IMG/VR virus record: IMGVR_UViG_3300023176_006361
Coordinates: 1-64,000 of that record
Direction: 5' to 3' (one strand)
Source of the DNA: a virus
DNA: 64,000 nt
In this document: one piece after another, positions 48,801 through 59,774 of the stretch
Layout of the letters: every line of letters begins with the position of its first letter
How positions within the stretch are numbered: the first letter of the stretch is position 1
Made by a program: the position numbers and the translations under genes
Notes under the pieces: model-generated
The model's input: only the letters and a program-made list of their open reading frames with translations
What the model was told of the DNA's origin: nothing
Database searches by the model: none

Positions 48801-51800
48801 AGTAATTGTTTCTCCAGATTGGAAATCTCTTTCCAAAACCTCTACTTTCAAAAGACCTTTGTTTTCATAACCAATAGGAGTTCTAGAAAGAATTTTGCCT
48901 CTAGCATTACTGGTTCCACCAGTAATAATTTCATTGTCAGAATAATTCAGAATATTTGAAACATCACTGATGTTGATAATCTTACCAATTCTCTTTGGAG
49001 GAGAAGTAAATATAATTTCATTCGTAGTATCATTTATTGTATATGAAGAACCAGGAATTTGAATTACGCCATCAAGAAATACTAAAGCAGTTTCATTTGG
49101 TTCTAATGGATCACTTGGAGCATAATTTGGTTGTTGTGCAGTATATTGTAAATTGAACGTTGTCTGATAGTTATCAAATTGATCAGAAATGTCAATATAC
49201 TTCTTCGCGTAATCTCTATTGTTGGCAACATCCGAGAATCCAAACATTCTACCAACAAACTTTGCAGTTTGGGTATGTCCATTGACTGGATCAACAAATT
49301 CTTTTGGTGGTTGTGCAAAAATAATTTTTTGCTGCAACTCCGTCTTAGAAAGTTGATTTTCTGGGTAGAATTTATGGTAAAGTTTTGTTCCAGTTACATA
49401 TGGATATGCAGCATTTTCTTCTGGTGTTCCAACACTATAATCGTAGGTAGATGACTTGATGGTTGCAAAATAGCAATATCTACCCTCTGGGAATTCTGGA
49501 GTTACACAGAATCTTCCATTATACTCATCAAGATCACCACTTCCAGCAGTATATTGGAAATCTGCAGTGAAATATCCAATCTTATAGATGATTGGTGTAG
49601 ATACAATTTGTGCCCAAGCAGTTGGAGTCTTTATCCACATGTTCTGGGAGAATGTCCCATTTACTGAAGAGAGGAGTAGTTTTCTATTGATTGGATCATA
49701 AGAATCTACAATTCCATTTACACCAGCAACAGTTGTATCATCAGTATCACTTGTAACCTGTGTACAGATTTGTGAGCTGGTAAAGATATCTGTTGAACCA
49801 GTGAATGAAACAAAATTCAGTACAATAAATTCAACAGAATCTACTGGAGGACCAACTTCATCAGATTGAAGAATTGTTCCATCGGGTAAGAAGTTTCTGG
49901 TGGCGATAGTTCTTTCAGCGTAACTTGACTCAATTTTCTTGATAGAAGACACTGAGGAATACGCATTAGAATAACCATATGGTCCATAAATTGGAGTTCC
50001 ATCAAATGCCCATCCAAGAATCTTAGAGTGTGCAGTTTGATTTTCAGTATATGCTCCAGTTGTAGAGATATTATCTCCACGCTGTCTTCTCAAACCAATT
50101 GGGTTAGCAGTGTGATAATAATTACCAGTCAAACTTGATTTGCCACCATATGAATCTGTTGCTGGTGAAGATCCCGTTTCATTGACAATCCATATATTCT
50201 TATCGTTATAACTTTCTTGTTGTTGATTATTATAAAGTAAAGTTCCGTTTGACCATAATCCAATTGCTCCAAGGGGAGTGTCTTCTTTGTCAATAGGTGC
50301 AAATGTCTCTTTTGGAATCCTTTTGATATAATCAGAGAAAACTGGATTGTTTCCAGTGTATGGTCCAAGAGTTGCTTGATATGATGGAATTCCTCTACCT
50401 TTGATGTAGATAAATTCCTCATCAATATACGTTTCTTGAACGTCTGCTTGTCCAGATACTGTGGTAGAACCATCATTGATATCTGTTGTTGTTCCAGAGA
50501 TATACCAAGAATCAAACTCTAACTGACCAGAGTTAGATGTTGCGATTTGGAGAGACTCGATCTTCTTATCATTGATAATGGTATATGCTTTCCCAGGTTC
50601 TTGAGCAACTCCATCAAGTGTAACTAAAAGGTTGTAATCACTATATGGTTGAATTGGTGACCCTTGCTCTCTAATATCATATGTCTTATTGACATTATCA
50701 AACAGAGGAGTGATGTCATCAATAATTGCTAAGTCAATGGCAACAGTTCCTTCAGCAGAAACAACAGAACCAGCTCCTGGTTTTTCAACCATTCTGAAGA
50801 ACTTATTGATGATAAGAGTTTTCAGGTTGCCATTTTCGGCAACATTTGCAGGAGTTTCTGAGTTGATGTCAATAAACTCTTTGTAGATCTCAATTGTGAT
50901 CTGTTTGTATGGGTTCTGAACATCACAGATAATCTCTGGGAAGTATGAAATGCTTGTAGGAAGCACTTTATATGCCAGTCTTTCTCTGTTATGTGCAGCA
51001 TCTGCAAATCTATCCCTAGGATGATATTCAGAGATTTGAATATACTTTCCATCAGGATCATCTTTTACTGCAATAATATGATAGATCTTGTCTTGAATAA
51101 GAACTCCAGTAATTGTCTCGTCATTAGCATTTATTGATTCCCACTGGATTTCAAAGTCACCTTCCGCATAATATCTAAATGAGTCACCTACTTCAATGTT
51201 TTGACCATTTCTAATGTAGATATATCCATCAGAATCAACTTCAGTTCTAGAATCAAAGTTGAATCTATGCTGCAGTGGAGGACATGTTGTTGAACCACCC
51301 AGAGGGACTGTAGAGACGCTAGCAGAAGAGTCTACAATAACCTCACCAAATACCAAGAATCCTGCGGGGTGAGTGGATTCTTTGATAATTTCTCTCCATT
51401 CAGATACAGGAATTTGTGATCTGATAACGTATGAGAAATCTTGATAGAAGTAAGAATCTTGGATCTTCTGAGAAGATGTGCTAAGTTTACCCAAATCATC
51501 AGAGAACAATCCACTGATCTGAGTAATTGAATTGACAATTGATGCGAGTGATGGAGTATTTACAGTTTTTGGTACAGACCTTGTGGCACTCAAATATCCA
51601 AACAAAGGTGCATCTACAACAAATTCACCAACAACAGGATTGACTCTAATTGTTTGATTGATTTCATTGTAATCGATAACAATTCCTCTAGCAGTTGGAG
51701 TGTTTACATCTCCCTGATATACTCTTTCGCCCCTTTCATATTTTGTACCAATAGTTGGTTGAAAATTTCCATTGGAATCTTTACCAACATTAATCAATTG

Positions 51801-54800
51801 CATAGAAACTGGAATGGTAGTTTCTGGGACTAATGTAGGATTATTGGAGAATCTTGATCCAGGATTTGTAATCTTGATTCCAAGAGCTTTACCAATAGTA
51901 GTGGATGATGGCAAAATCCTTACATTTTTTGGATCTTGTTCTACAAGAGTCAATGTTGTATTGTTTCCATACCCAGATCCACCACTAGTTACAGAAATAG
52001 CATTGATAGTTCCTGTATTAGAAACTTCTGGAGCCAATACAGCACCAGAACCTGTACCATTGACAATAATAGTTGGATTTACATATCTATTACCACCATA
52101 GTTGACGGTTACACTAGTGATAGCACCAAACGCATTTGTTGCAATTGTGTATCTCAGTTCGTCAGATTTTCTAAAATATACACCTTTGATTTCTGGAAGA
52201 GATTCATATCCAAATCCTTGGTTTGTAATATCAACTCTTGCAATTTCACCAAGAGCATTTGTAGAGACAACTCCAAATTTTTTAGTTCCTCTAGCATTAC
52301 CTTCAACTCTATTTCTAATAATATAATCAAATGATGTGGATTGGACATTGAAAATGCCTACACCACCAACATTATAAGGATCTTCGATAAATCTAATCTT
52401 TGGAGAACTATCAGTAATAAGACTATTAGTATTATTATAATAAAGATTTACGATTACTCTATCAATAACTTTCAAAGAAACCGTTGCTCCAGCATTACCA
52501 GGAGTTCCAGATCTTTCTACAGAAAGACTATTTGCATACCTATCATCTAAGAAAAATGAAAGAATCGTTCCAGTATTAGAAGCATCCGAAACATCAAAGA
52601 TATAATTATGACCATACACAAAACTTAGATTTGGATTTTGTTCTACACCATTAGTATGGACACTTGAGAACCCAAATCTATTGGTTCCAGGTATAAAGGT
52701 AACAGTGACATTGGTAGTCGTAGTATCTGACGCTGGATCTCCAAATACTTCTACAAAGTCTCCATTGATCAAACCATGTGCTCTATCTGTTGTTAGAGTT
52801 GCAATAAGTTCAGACAAGTTAGTAATCTGAGCATTTTCTGCATGTGTAGATGCAGTTGTATTGCCAAACGCTCTGGTGACTCCAAAAACATTACCAGTTA
52901 TTGAATCAATTCTAATTTGCTCATTACCAACCTTGAAGATGTTACCAACGTTGAAGAAATCAATATTATTTGGTTTGATATACAGAGAAGTAGAGTCACT
53001 TTCAATAGAAAGATTTTCTACAGTATCAACATCGACTGTTTGCTCTTTGCGATCTTTGAATGTACTGGTAGTAGTAAATTTCTGATGATTCTCAAGATCT
53101 ACCGAAACATAATAAACATCAGAATTAAAAGTTCCCTGACCATTCACAACAGCTACATTGATGCCAGTAGAATGAGTTGTTGCAACAGTTCCTCCCTGTG
53201 CTCTAGAAACCGTCAACTCAGTTCTGGTCTTAGATACGACACGCATCTGCTCCGAACCAACAACAATATATCTGTTGATTGGGAAAAACTCTGTACTAAC
53301 AACAGAGATTGTTGTATCTTCTACAGAGACATCTTCTGTAAGGGTTGTTTGATTACCACTACCAATTTCTTGAATGGTTTCTGAACTCCAAGTTCCAGAA
53401 TTTATATCAAAGTTACCAAATTTTGGAAGATCGCTAGCATCAGGACCTTCAGCAATTTCATTGACCCACAAATATCCAGTGGTTGATGTAAGTTCTTCAA
53501 TTCTTACAATTTTTGCAGAAGCATCAGAATTAGATCCTTTTATGTATGTGCCAACAGAAAATATGTCCATAGTTGCACTAGTGACATACAATCTTGCAAT
53601 ATACTCACTAATCTTTCCTGTTGCAATTTGACTAGAGATCTGTAAGTCAGATTTATGAGTGGTTGCAGTTGTCCCATCAAATGAACGAACAACAGGAACT
53701 TCTTTGACGTTTATTACTTGTGAAATATTCTGAGAATATCTGGGATCATTCTCAGGTGCGTTTGCAATTGAAGTGCCTACAGTTGGAATTGGATACCTGT
53801 TTGAAGATCCAGGTTGAGTTATCATTTCAACCTTCAGAGTATTTGTCTCATAATCAATACCAATCACATTTGCAATCTTGACTACACTACCAGCAACATC
53901 AGCATAAATTGAATCTGCTATAGTTTTACCCTCACGATACTTGTAAAAGAATCCTTGATCTGTCGCAGGACCAACAGGAGTTGTTGCAAAAATATTTGCA
54001 ATTCTGAAATAAGCATATCTAAGATTATTTGTCGCTGCACCATTTACATATACGACTTCATCTTCAATTTCAAGTGTGTCTCCTGTAGACAAGTTAGAAA
54101 TATTATAATCTTTAAGAAGAATACTAGTATCAGTATTAGAGGTCTCAATAGCAGTAATAAAGTTCTGTGTAGTCTTTGAACTATCAGAAATTACATCACC
54201 ATCGTTGATTCTATTATAAGTGAATGTGGAGGTTGGTACATCATAAGTTGGTGCAGGAATTGTCATTCTCTGCGATCTTGAATCAAGATTGCCATTGATA
54301 TCCCCTGCAGAGATTGATGAAGTTGCGATGATAGTACCAGAAGAATCTTTTGGTAAGATCGATGAAACTACACCTGAGAAACCAGCACCTTGGGTATTTG
54401 TGTCATCAACATATAATTTATCTCCAGCACCAAATTTTGGAGTAATAGTTACTCCAGAATTTACGTAGTTTGTACCACCATTTTCAATAATTACTGAATT
54501 GACAGAACCAGAAGATACATTTGTAACCTCTGCATTTACTGAAGTTCCAAACTGAGGAATATTATCATTATTGTCTCTAACTCTGATTACATTACTTGGA
54601 AGATTTCTGAGAGTAGAACCTGTACCAAAATTGATTGTTTCTGGAGCAAATTTATAAGTTGGACCAATTACATAAGGATATCTTGGTTTTACGACCTGAC
54701 CATCATTTTTACCAGGATCATCGCTTTGATGAATTGTCAAGAAGTAACAATATCTACCCTCAGGAAACTCTGGAGTTTTGCAGAATCTGCCATTATGTTC

Positions 54801-57449
54801 ATCAAGATCTTTATGTAAAGGATCGCCTTCTGGTTTATACTCATAGTCTTCAACAAATGCACCAAGAGCATATTGTCCAATTGCTGGACCAGTTCCTTGT
54901 GTACGACCAGACTTCAAATAATATGATGATCTAATTCTCTTTAGAGGTGATGTCGTATCAAATGGATTTGTATATCCAACAGGACCATAGATTGGTACTC
55001 CATCATATGACCATGCAACAATGGGTGAGTGAGATAAGTTGCCCTGAGACTCGATTTGACCATTGATATTATCAGAAAGTGTATTTCTGATACCTACTGG
55101 ATTGCCAACATAGTAGTAGGCATCATGATATTCTGGAATAGATCCAGGGAAAACATATCCATTTTGACTATCACTAAACTTAGAATATTCTTCATAATTA
55201 TCTCTACGCCATTGACGAACCTTAGCAATAGCAGATGCACCACTGGCACTTGGTACTACATATATTTTTGTTTTTGTTTTATCATAATCATATCCTCCAG
55301 CAATTTTTCTGACACTAATAATTCCATTATTTGAAGGATCAATAGTCTCTACAACAAATTTAGCACCTCTACCTCTCCCAGATTCGTCTACGATAACAAT
55401 ATCTGGTACTTGAGTATAATCTTTACCACCGCTAATCTTTGTCAGTGAATCAATTGCTCCTGTTTTATCATTTGCTGCAAAATTTGCAGTGAATAACGCA
55501 CCAGATCCAGCAGAAATAGTTACATTTGGTGTAACATTATATCCTGCACCAGAATTTTGAAGAGTAACCGAAACTACTTTTCCACCGATAATATTTGCTG
55601 TTCCATATGCACCGCCTGTGCCGTCGATAGAAACTACTGGTGCTGCTGTATATCCAGATCCCCCACTTGTTATTTCAATCTCTTGAATATCACCTTGCTC
55701 AACAAGTTGCCTATCTGTACTACTGGTCAAAGTTCCCGTTGGAGAAACAATAGGAACACCATCAACAGTAACAGCAATCGTTGAATTATCTGGAAGTCTA
55801 GTTTTAGATTCACCAAATTTAGGCGATTTAGGGATCTTCTTTAGATGTCTTTGGGAAGCTGGTTCTAAGTTTGTATTCGGTCCAGATGCATTGATATCAC
55901 CAATACTTCCAGAAACATCTGGGAATCCACTAGAAGAAACATAAACTGCTTCGTAATTTTCAAAAACTTGAGTGATGCCAGCAGCAACCCTATATCCAGA
56001 AGTCAAATAAGCATTACTCATTTGACCAGCAACATTTACCTCTCTGACCTGACCATCATTACCTGGGACATTTTGTCTCCAGTATGAGTTGAGGGGAATA
56101 TCTTGACTCTTTCCAGAAAGACCTAACTCAAGAACATCACCCTCTTTTACAAAAAGTCCAGGGGATTCAATCTCAACGTCTTCAATTAGACCAGATGGTC
56201 TAAAAGATGCAAAATATCTTTCCTGAAGTGGATTTGTATCTGTGCTAGAGACAACATATAAGATGTTTGAACCATAGATAAACTTATTCTTTGTTACACC
56301 AGTAAAAGCGGCCGATGTACGAATTCCATAGAATTCAGTAGCAGTCTTTTCTTTGTATGAGAATGAGATCGGATCTCCAACAGCATTATTGATACCTTCA
56401 ACATAGAACTCGCCATTGATTTCTGGGAATCCTACAGTTGAGTCAACAATAATTGATTGATTATTTGGACCAAACGTTGTTCTACTAATTGTTTGGTTTG
56501 TTGGTAAAAAGTTTCCAATAATTGACTCATTATTCAAGAAAATTCTATAAATGGTAACATTTCCAGATTTGATAGGAACAACCTTCTCAATGGAAGCAGT
56601 CGCTTCTTTGATACTCTCATCAAAACCATAAGTAATCTGTTTCAGAACCAAACCTGGCAGATCATCTATTGTTACGCCAGTATTGAATTTGATCAGAGAT
56701 CCTTGAATGATCGTATCTTCAGACCAAGTTGATACTGAAGATTTGAGGAGCTGTTCATTTGGATATCTGACAAGAACTTTCTCATCATTGAACGCACTTC
56801 TGAATAAGAATCCAATTGCTGGACTTGTGCCCTTTGAAGTGTAAAAATCCTTGATATACTTCAGAATTGTTGGTACTGAAATATCAGAGTTCAGTCTTTC
56901 AATGGGAATACCCGAGAAATACTGACTCTTTAGACTTTTGAAAAGATTTGCTAGGAAAAGATGCGAAATATTGGTAACTTTCGTTCCAGATGCGAATGAT
57001 GAGGTTTCTGTAGTGATAAATTCGCCATCATTCAAAAGATCACCAAGTTTTACTCTACCAGAAGATGCTCTTTTTGCTTGAGTTACTAATCCAGTCGCAC
57101 TAATGCTTTTATATTGTACTACTTCTCTATTAGTACCATCATCAATCAGAAGAAGACCCTCTTGAGGAAATCTCTTATAAATTGGTTGACCATTCGAGTC
57201 TGAATTTATGCCGAGTTGAATATCAGTATCATTAGACGCTAGATTTGCACCCAAAGTTGTCTCAAGAATCAGACCATCTCTGTAAAAGTCCGAATCTTGA
57301 TAACTTTGGATTTTTCTCAGAATATTAGAAGAAAAACCATCTACTTCTTGTGATTTGTAGTATTCTTTGAAGAAATCTACAAATACTGGATACTCCTGTC
57401 TAAAAAAGTCAGGTAACTGACTATCGACTAACTGAGAAATATTGATCAT
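45900..57449 (-). CDS. g7: Baseplate wedge initiator (gp7-like, 3849 aa, extended with many inserted domains)
   Basis: ISQLVDSQLPDFFRQEYP.FVDF.KEYY, LKYIKDFYTSKGT, KIQDSYFYQDFSYVIRS...W...IK..THPAGF; between g6 and g8; two YHYH-like domains. Confidence 0.88.
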   Translation of the reverse strand: MINISQLVDSQLPDFFRQEYPVFVDFFKEYYKSQEVDGFSSNILRKIQSYQDSDFYRDGLILETTLGANLASNDTDIQLGINSDSNGQPIYKRFPQEGLLLIDDGTNREVVQYKSISATGLVTQAKRASSGRVKLGDLLNDGEFITTETSSFASGTKVTNISHLFLANLFKSLKSQYFSGIPIERLNSDISVPTILKYIKDFYTSKGTSPAIGFLFRSAFNDEKVLVRYPNEQLLKSSVSTWSEDTIIQGSLIKFNTGVTIDDLPGLVLKQITYGFDESIKEATASIEKVVPIKSGNVTIYRIFLNNESIIGNFLPTNQTISRTTFGPNNQSIIVDSTVGFPEINGEFYVEGINNAVGDPISFSYKEKTATEFYGIRTSAAFTGVTKNKFIYGSNILYVVSSTDTNPLQERYFASFRPSGLIEDVEIESPGLFVKEGDVLELGLSGKSQDIPLNSYWRQNVPGNDGQVREVNVAGQMSNAYLTSGYRVAAGITQVFENYEAVYVSSSGFPDVSGSIGDINASGPNTNLEPASQRHLKKIPKSPKFGESKTRLPDNSTIAVTVDGVPIVSPTGTLTSSTDRQLVEQGDIQEIEITSGGSGYTAAPVVSIDGTGGAYGTANIIGGKVVSVTLQNSGAGYNVTPNVTISAGSGALFTANFAANDKTGAIDSLTKISGGKDYTQVPDIVIVDESGRGRGAKFVVETIDPSNNGIISVRKIAGGYDYDKTKTKIYVVPSASGASAIAKVRQWRRDNYEEYSKFSDSQNGYVFPGSIPEYHDAYYYVGNPVGIRNTLSDNINGQIESQGNLSHSPIVAWSYDGVPIYGPVGYTNPFDTTSPLKRIRSSYYLKSGRTQGTGPAIGQYALGAFVEDYEYKPEGDPLHKDLDEHNGRFCKTPEFPEGRYCYFLTIHQSDDPGKNDGQVVKPRYPYVIGPTYKFAPETINFGTGSTLRNLPSNVIRVRDNNDNIPQFGTSVNAEVTNVSSGSVNSVIIENGGTNYVNSGVTITPKFGAGDKLYVDDTNTQGAGFSGVVSSILPKDSSGTIIATSSISAGDINGNLDSRSQRMTIPAPTYDVPTSTFTYNRINDGDVISDSSKTTQNFITAIETSNTDTSILLKDYNISNLSTGDTLEIEDEVVYVNGAATNNLRYAYFRIANIFATTPVGPATDQGFFYKYREGKTIADSIYADVAGSVVKIANVIGIDYETNTLKVEMITQPGSSNRYPIPTVGTSIANAPENDPRYSQNISQVINVKEVPVVRSFDGTTATTHKSDLQISSQIATGKISEYIARLYVTSATMDIFSVGTYIKGSNSDASAKIVRIEELTSTTGYLWVNEIAEGPDASDLPKFGNFDINSGTWSSETIQEIGSGNQTTLTEDVSVEDTTISVVSTEFFPINRYIVVGSEQMRVVSKTRTELTVSRAQGGTVATTHSTGINVAVVNGQGTFNSDVYYVSVDLENHQKFTTTSTFKDRKEQTVDVDTVENLSIESDSTSLYIKPNNIDFFNVGNIFKVGNEQIRIDSITGNVFGVTRAFGNTTASTHAENAQITNLSELIATLTTDRAHGLINGDFVEVFGDPASDTTTTNVTVTFIPGTNRFGFSSVHTNGVEQNPNLSFVYGHNYIFDVSDASNTGTILSFFLDDRYANSLSVERSGTPGNAGATVSLKVIDRVIVNLYYNNTNSLITDSSPKIRFIEDPYNVGGVGIFNVQSTSFDYIIRNRVEGNARGTKKFGVVSTNALGEIARVDITNQGFGYESLPEIKGVYFRKSDELRYTIATNAFGAITSVTVNYGGNRYVNPTIIVNGTGSGAVLAPEVSNTGTINAISVTSGGSGYGNNTTLTLVEQDPKNVRILPSSTTIGKALGIKITNPGSRFSNNPTLVPETTIPVSMQLINVGKDSNGNFQPTIGTKYERGERVYQGDVNTPTARGIVIDYNEINQTIRVNPVVGEFVVDAPLFGYLSATRSVPKTVNTPSLASIVNSITQISGLFSDDLGKLSTSSQKIQDSYFYQDFSYVIRSQIPVSEWREIIKESTHPAGFLVFGEVIVDSSASVSTVPLGGSTTCPPLQHRFNFDSRTEVDSDGYIYIRNGQNIEVGDSFRYYAEGDFEIQWESINANDETITGVLIQDKIYHIIAVKDDPDGKYIQISEYHPRDRFADAAHNRERLAYKVLPTSISYFPEIICDVQNPYKQITIEIYKEFIDINSETPANVAENGNLKTLIINKFFRMVEKPGAGSVVSAEGTVAIDLAIIDDITPLFDNVNKTYDIREQGSPIQPYSDYNLLVTLDGVAQEPGKAYTIINDKKIESLQIATSNSGQLEFDSWYISGTTTDINDGSTTVSGQADVQETYIDEEFIYIKGRGIPSYQATLGPYTGNNPVFSDYIKRIPKETFAPIDKEDTPLGAIGLWSNGTLLYNNQQQESYNDKNIWIVNETGSSPATDSYGGKSSLTGNYYHTANPIGLRRQRGDNISTTGAYTENQTAHSKILGWAFDGTPIYGPYGYSNAYSSVSSIKKIESSYAERTIATRNFLPDGTILQSDEVGPPVDSVEFIVLNFVSFTGSTDIFTSSQICTQVTSDTDDTTVAGVNGIVDSYDPINRKLLLSSVNGTFSQNMWIKTPTAWAQIVSTPIIYKIGYFTADFQYTAGSGDLDEYNGRFCVTPEFPEGRYCYFATIKSSTYDYSVGTPEENAAYPYVTGTKLYHKFYPENQLSKTELQQKIIFAQPPKEFVDPVNGHTQTAKFVGRMFGFSDVANNRDYAKKYIDISDQFDNYQTTFNLQYTAQQPNYAPSDPLEPNETALVFLDGVIQIPGSSYTINDTTNEIIFTSPPKRIGKIINISDVSNILNYSDNEIITGGTSNARGKILSRTPIGYENKGLLKVEVLERDFQSGETITGTTSSATSTIKLLGTITQSDRFLDASNLIEINKNFIANEAVERMLANNPGFNVPGGSQNCIDDVVDVLGAVVDVLRYGGNAPAWDAANLYATGGALQHLVGEEAESIETFNHARDIAIAVMQNQTVTVQGSHGLTQYFDNTIAIDGATGSYVGSCANVESAIGSSIGIITSVISNPSYLSTLSRNPGKSYVERKGQSQQFFAYSNGKYTVLDTPDTSSPTTTFIMRANGSLIIPNRSSQIIVVVNGIIQEFGQSYVINESLLEFYNPVLAGSELHVFYWYGKDLEKVLRGYNVPLYDPSYVQYDDNGNEVYYVLDDGTQTNKRLRSLPKAYYPIREYFRPDDSILVDGENAERELVDITNRDIIEWEHLDTYNDYFIDASNVGSSLFYVDQANKIYFEDYSTQSTSGFISGTKLVYTNEGNADIPGLTSGNTYYLGYSFRDRGVFLYTNYYDSLSAPPEQAITLGTSTGIHKFRIDTAIVGLKQTQFKTSDYSGITRGREASFTARVRFTMTLSDSTAYPAGTLVFSGGESVGTVISDLGNNQVEFQILPDRIIANGATVSTDLGGSNSVTVSSKENGRIHSIESLTGSFPTGLDYDTAPILVIKPAETDTGVFALAHAEIDENKQISRCIVDYEGRDYFQVPDIVVTRAYKVINSVYPLVTTRNQYNFWTSVDTVLETVMVLEAQQFTVSSFLQGTTTVTRAGQEVTIMTEHEHQDGIDEDVSREYDYLQANPVYPKDSALAEPNIISVGRIRAYPTFQALETNKFNVESTMSIADLTKAYSDLRIEQVAERYFSSLYSKYNPNNVSSTIRFNITPVSTTKEFGGILAAAANPGDTSLSLQGVHGFNYMIVEGNTFWLRPDMEIYEERSLIVKGYVDRIIDTDTFILRLNPGQNLLSGTPISNVANTVKVSIASQVYGLVEFGNETIGYEEIDWSGNRIILSGSCAFAHAQGDYLRTTRPTRLDI

Positions 57450-57453
57450 TCGT

Positions 57454-59331
57454 TTACGACTCCGCTAATACCTGAAGGTTACCTTTTTGTAGTGACAGAA
57501 AAACTTCTCTTTGAGCAAAAATATCTAATTGGGCAGGTCTTGCCGTTACTTTTACAATAGATCCAGCTTCACTGGTCTCTGTGATAATGATTGAATTCTT
57601 TTGACCTAAAAGAATCTCACCTTTAGAGTAATCTACAGTTCCAATTGGATCTCCAAGATATGTTTTGATTGAATTGTTCAAGTAATACGCCCTTACATTT
57701 TTGATTGTTCTGTTACTATTTACATAGTCACCAGAGAAGTCATCTTCAAGGAAAAATGTTTGGGTATAACCTTGAAGTTTGAATCCTGTAGAAGTTATGA
57801 CTGGTGCATCAGTATCTACAATAAACGGATTTACATAACAGAGTTCATACGATGCTTTTGTATTCAGAATCGCTTTCAAATCTTTTCTCATCGTAACGGA
57901 AGTTACGTTTCTACTGATTGAGGAATCAGCATCATCGATAACACCTACTAATTTACTATATTTTAGTTTTCCACCAAATTTATTCAATGCTGTTGAAGCT
58001 TCATACAAATCAATCGCACTTTCTACCAAACTTCTGATTTCAGAAGAGGTTTTTGTGGTTGTCTGGGCATTATAATAAATTGTACTGTTTACTACAGGAT
58101 ATAATACTGATGGATCTACAATATCTGTAGAAAGGGACGCTACTTTATATTGCCTTAGTTTTTGAGTAATGAAGGTTTTTGTGCTAGCAGAAAGAATTTC
58201 ACCTGATTTGGGTCGAATTACAATCTTTACTCTTCCATATTCTGGAGGACTTGCTTCTTCACCACCATAAGCGAAAATATCATCTACATTTGGATAAACA
58301 AATCGAACGATAGTGGCATAGTCTGCAACTGTTACTGCTCTATTTTGTGTTGCGTAGAATCTTGGTGCCTGAAACTTGATTGAGTCAATAGTTTCTGGTT
58401 GAGCACCACCTTCGGTTGTTGGTGCATTAGCAATGGTAACTGTTTGTGAAGTCGGAGTTACCAACAGATTATTTACAGCATTTCCAGAAAAGATGAAATT
58501 GCTATTACCCTGAATACCATTTGCATCTGCTCCACTAGAAACGATATAGGTAACTACGATTCTTGAACCGTTAGCAAGTTTTTCACCAATAACACCGTCA
58601 CCAAAAACAATCTCGTATTTTTCATCTTCAATTTCTTGAACAAAGTATACTTTACTTTCAGAGTTGATTTGAGTAATATTTACTCCTCTTGTATATACGG
58701 TTTGTTCTGTTGACTGAGAATTTGGTTGAACTTTCACAATCAATGTATCAAGATCAATTCCAGTATTTGGAACAATAAACCTTTGATCGAGATTTGAGTA
58801 ATCTACGTCAAAAGTTGTAGAAATATACGTACCCTCATATAATCTTACTGCAGTAAACGCTGCCGTTCCTCCCAATCCAGGACTTAGTGGGTCAATATAA
58901 GTGATTGGTGAAACGATATCAACAGGAGTTGATAAAGAGTAAGTTACTTTGTCTTTGACTGCATTGAAAACTGTTCCTGCCTTGATCGTAATTGAACCAG
59001 GAGAACTACCAATCAAACCACCAAATGTTGAAAATACATTGAAGTTGAAGAGAGCACTAGAAGACTTTGCAGATCTTGGAAGATAACCAAGATTTTTAGC
59101 ATGTAGGACAACATTGTCTCTCAGGATAGAAGAATCCAGAAAAGACTCATTCGCGACCATGTTGGCAACGAATGATTGGTAATGGGTGTTATATGCAAGA
59201 AGATCTACGATGTTTGAAAGGGCAGAACCTTCAAAATCGTAGTCGGTAAAGTCTGTATTATTTCTGAGATAATCTTTCAATAAAGATTTGATATTCTCAA
59301 AATCTAATTCGGTAAGTTTAGTGTTTGCCAT
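57454..59331 (-). CDS. g6: Baseplate wedge subunit (gp6)
   Basis: LDFENIK..LK.YL....FTDYDFEGS.LS...DLLAYNTHY, FGDG..G, QNRAVT..DY, GGEE..PPEYG. Confidence 0.95.
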   Translation of the reverse strand: MANTKLTELDFENIKSLLKDYLRNNTDFTDYDFEGSALSNIVDLLAYNTHYQSFVANMVANESFLDSSILRDNVVLHAKNLGYLPRSAKSSSALFNFNVFSTFGGLIGSSPGSITIKAGTVFNAVKDKVTYSLSTPVDIVSPITYIDPLSPGLGGTAAFTAVRLYEGTYISTTFDVDYSNLDQRFIVPNTGIDLDTLIVKVQPNSQSTEQTVYTRGVNITQINSESKVYFVQEIEDEKYEIVFGDGVIGEKLANGSRIVVTYIVSSGADANGIQGNSNFIFSGNAVNNLLVTPTSQTVTIANAPTTEGGAQPETIDSIKFQAPRFYATQNRAVTVADYATIVRFVYPNVDDIFAYGGEEASPPEYGRVKIVIRPKSGEILSASTKTFITQKLRQYKVASLSTDIVDPSVLYPVVNSTIYYNAQTTTKTSSEIRSLVESAIDLYEASTALNKFGGKLKYSKLVGVIDDADSSISRNVTSVTMRKDLKAILNTKASYELCYVNPFIVDTDAPVITSTGFKLQGYTQTFFLEDDFSGDYVNSNRTIKNVRAYYLNNSIKTYLGDPIGTVDYSKGEILLGQKNSIIITETSEAGSIVKVTARPAQLDIFAQREVFLSLQKGNLQVLAES

Positions 59332-59333
59332 TA

Positions 59334-59735
59334 TTACCTAGTGCTCTCTAAGTAGAATTCGATTTCTTGAGGGTTCGGTTGACCAATGATTTCAAATTCG
59401 ATAGTAACATCGAATCTATTATTATCTGGGTCAGGGTTTACTCTAACCCTGTTCAAAATAACTCGCTTCTCATATTTTTTGATAGTTCTAGAAATCTCTT
59501 GAGAGATTCTAGCTGCTGTACCAAAATCTAGATTTTCAAAAAGCAGTTTTCTAATTCCTGTTCCAAGCTCTGGTTGAAATGGTCTTTCTCCAGGAGATGT
59601 AAGAATCAAGTGCTTTACAGCAGCTTTTATCGCTTGCTCATTTTTCTTGATGAGCAAATCACTAGTTTTAGGATGCTTTCCAAAACTAAATGCTAAGTCT
59701 TTGAATGATCTTGACAGTATGATAGGTTGCGCCAT
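59334..59735 (-). CDS. g25: Baseplate wedge/sheath initiator (gp25)
   Basis: FKDL..SF..HP, AIK..VK.LILT.PGERPFQP.LG, YEKRV; directly upstream of g6. Confidence 0.93.
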   Translation of the reverse strand: MAQPIILSRSFKDLAFSFGKHPKTSDLLIKKNEQAIKAAVKHLILTSPGERPFQPELGTGIRKLLFENLDFGTAARISQEISRTIKKYEKRVILNRVRVNPDPDNNRFDVTIEFEIIGQPNPQEIEFYLESTR

Positions 59736-59759
59736 GAGGCACTATACAAAGTCGGGTTA

Positions 59760-59770
59760 TATTTATTTAG
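59760..59770 (-). promoter_or_regulatory. Late promoter(s) (CTAAATA/AATAAATA) upstream of g25
   Basis: Intergenic overlapping TAAATA cores ~25 nt before the ATG. Confidence 0.75.
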
Positions 59771-59774
59771 TTTA

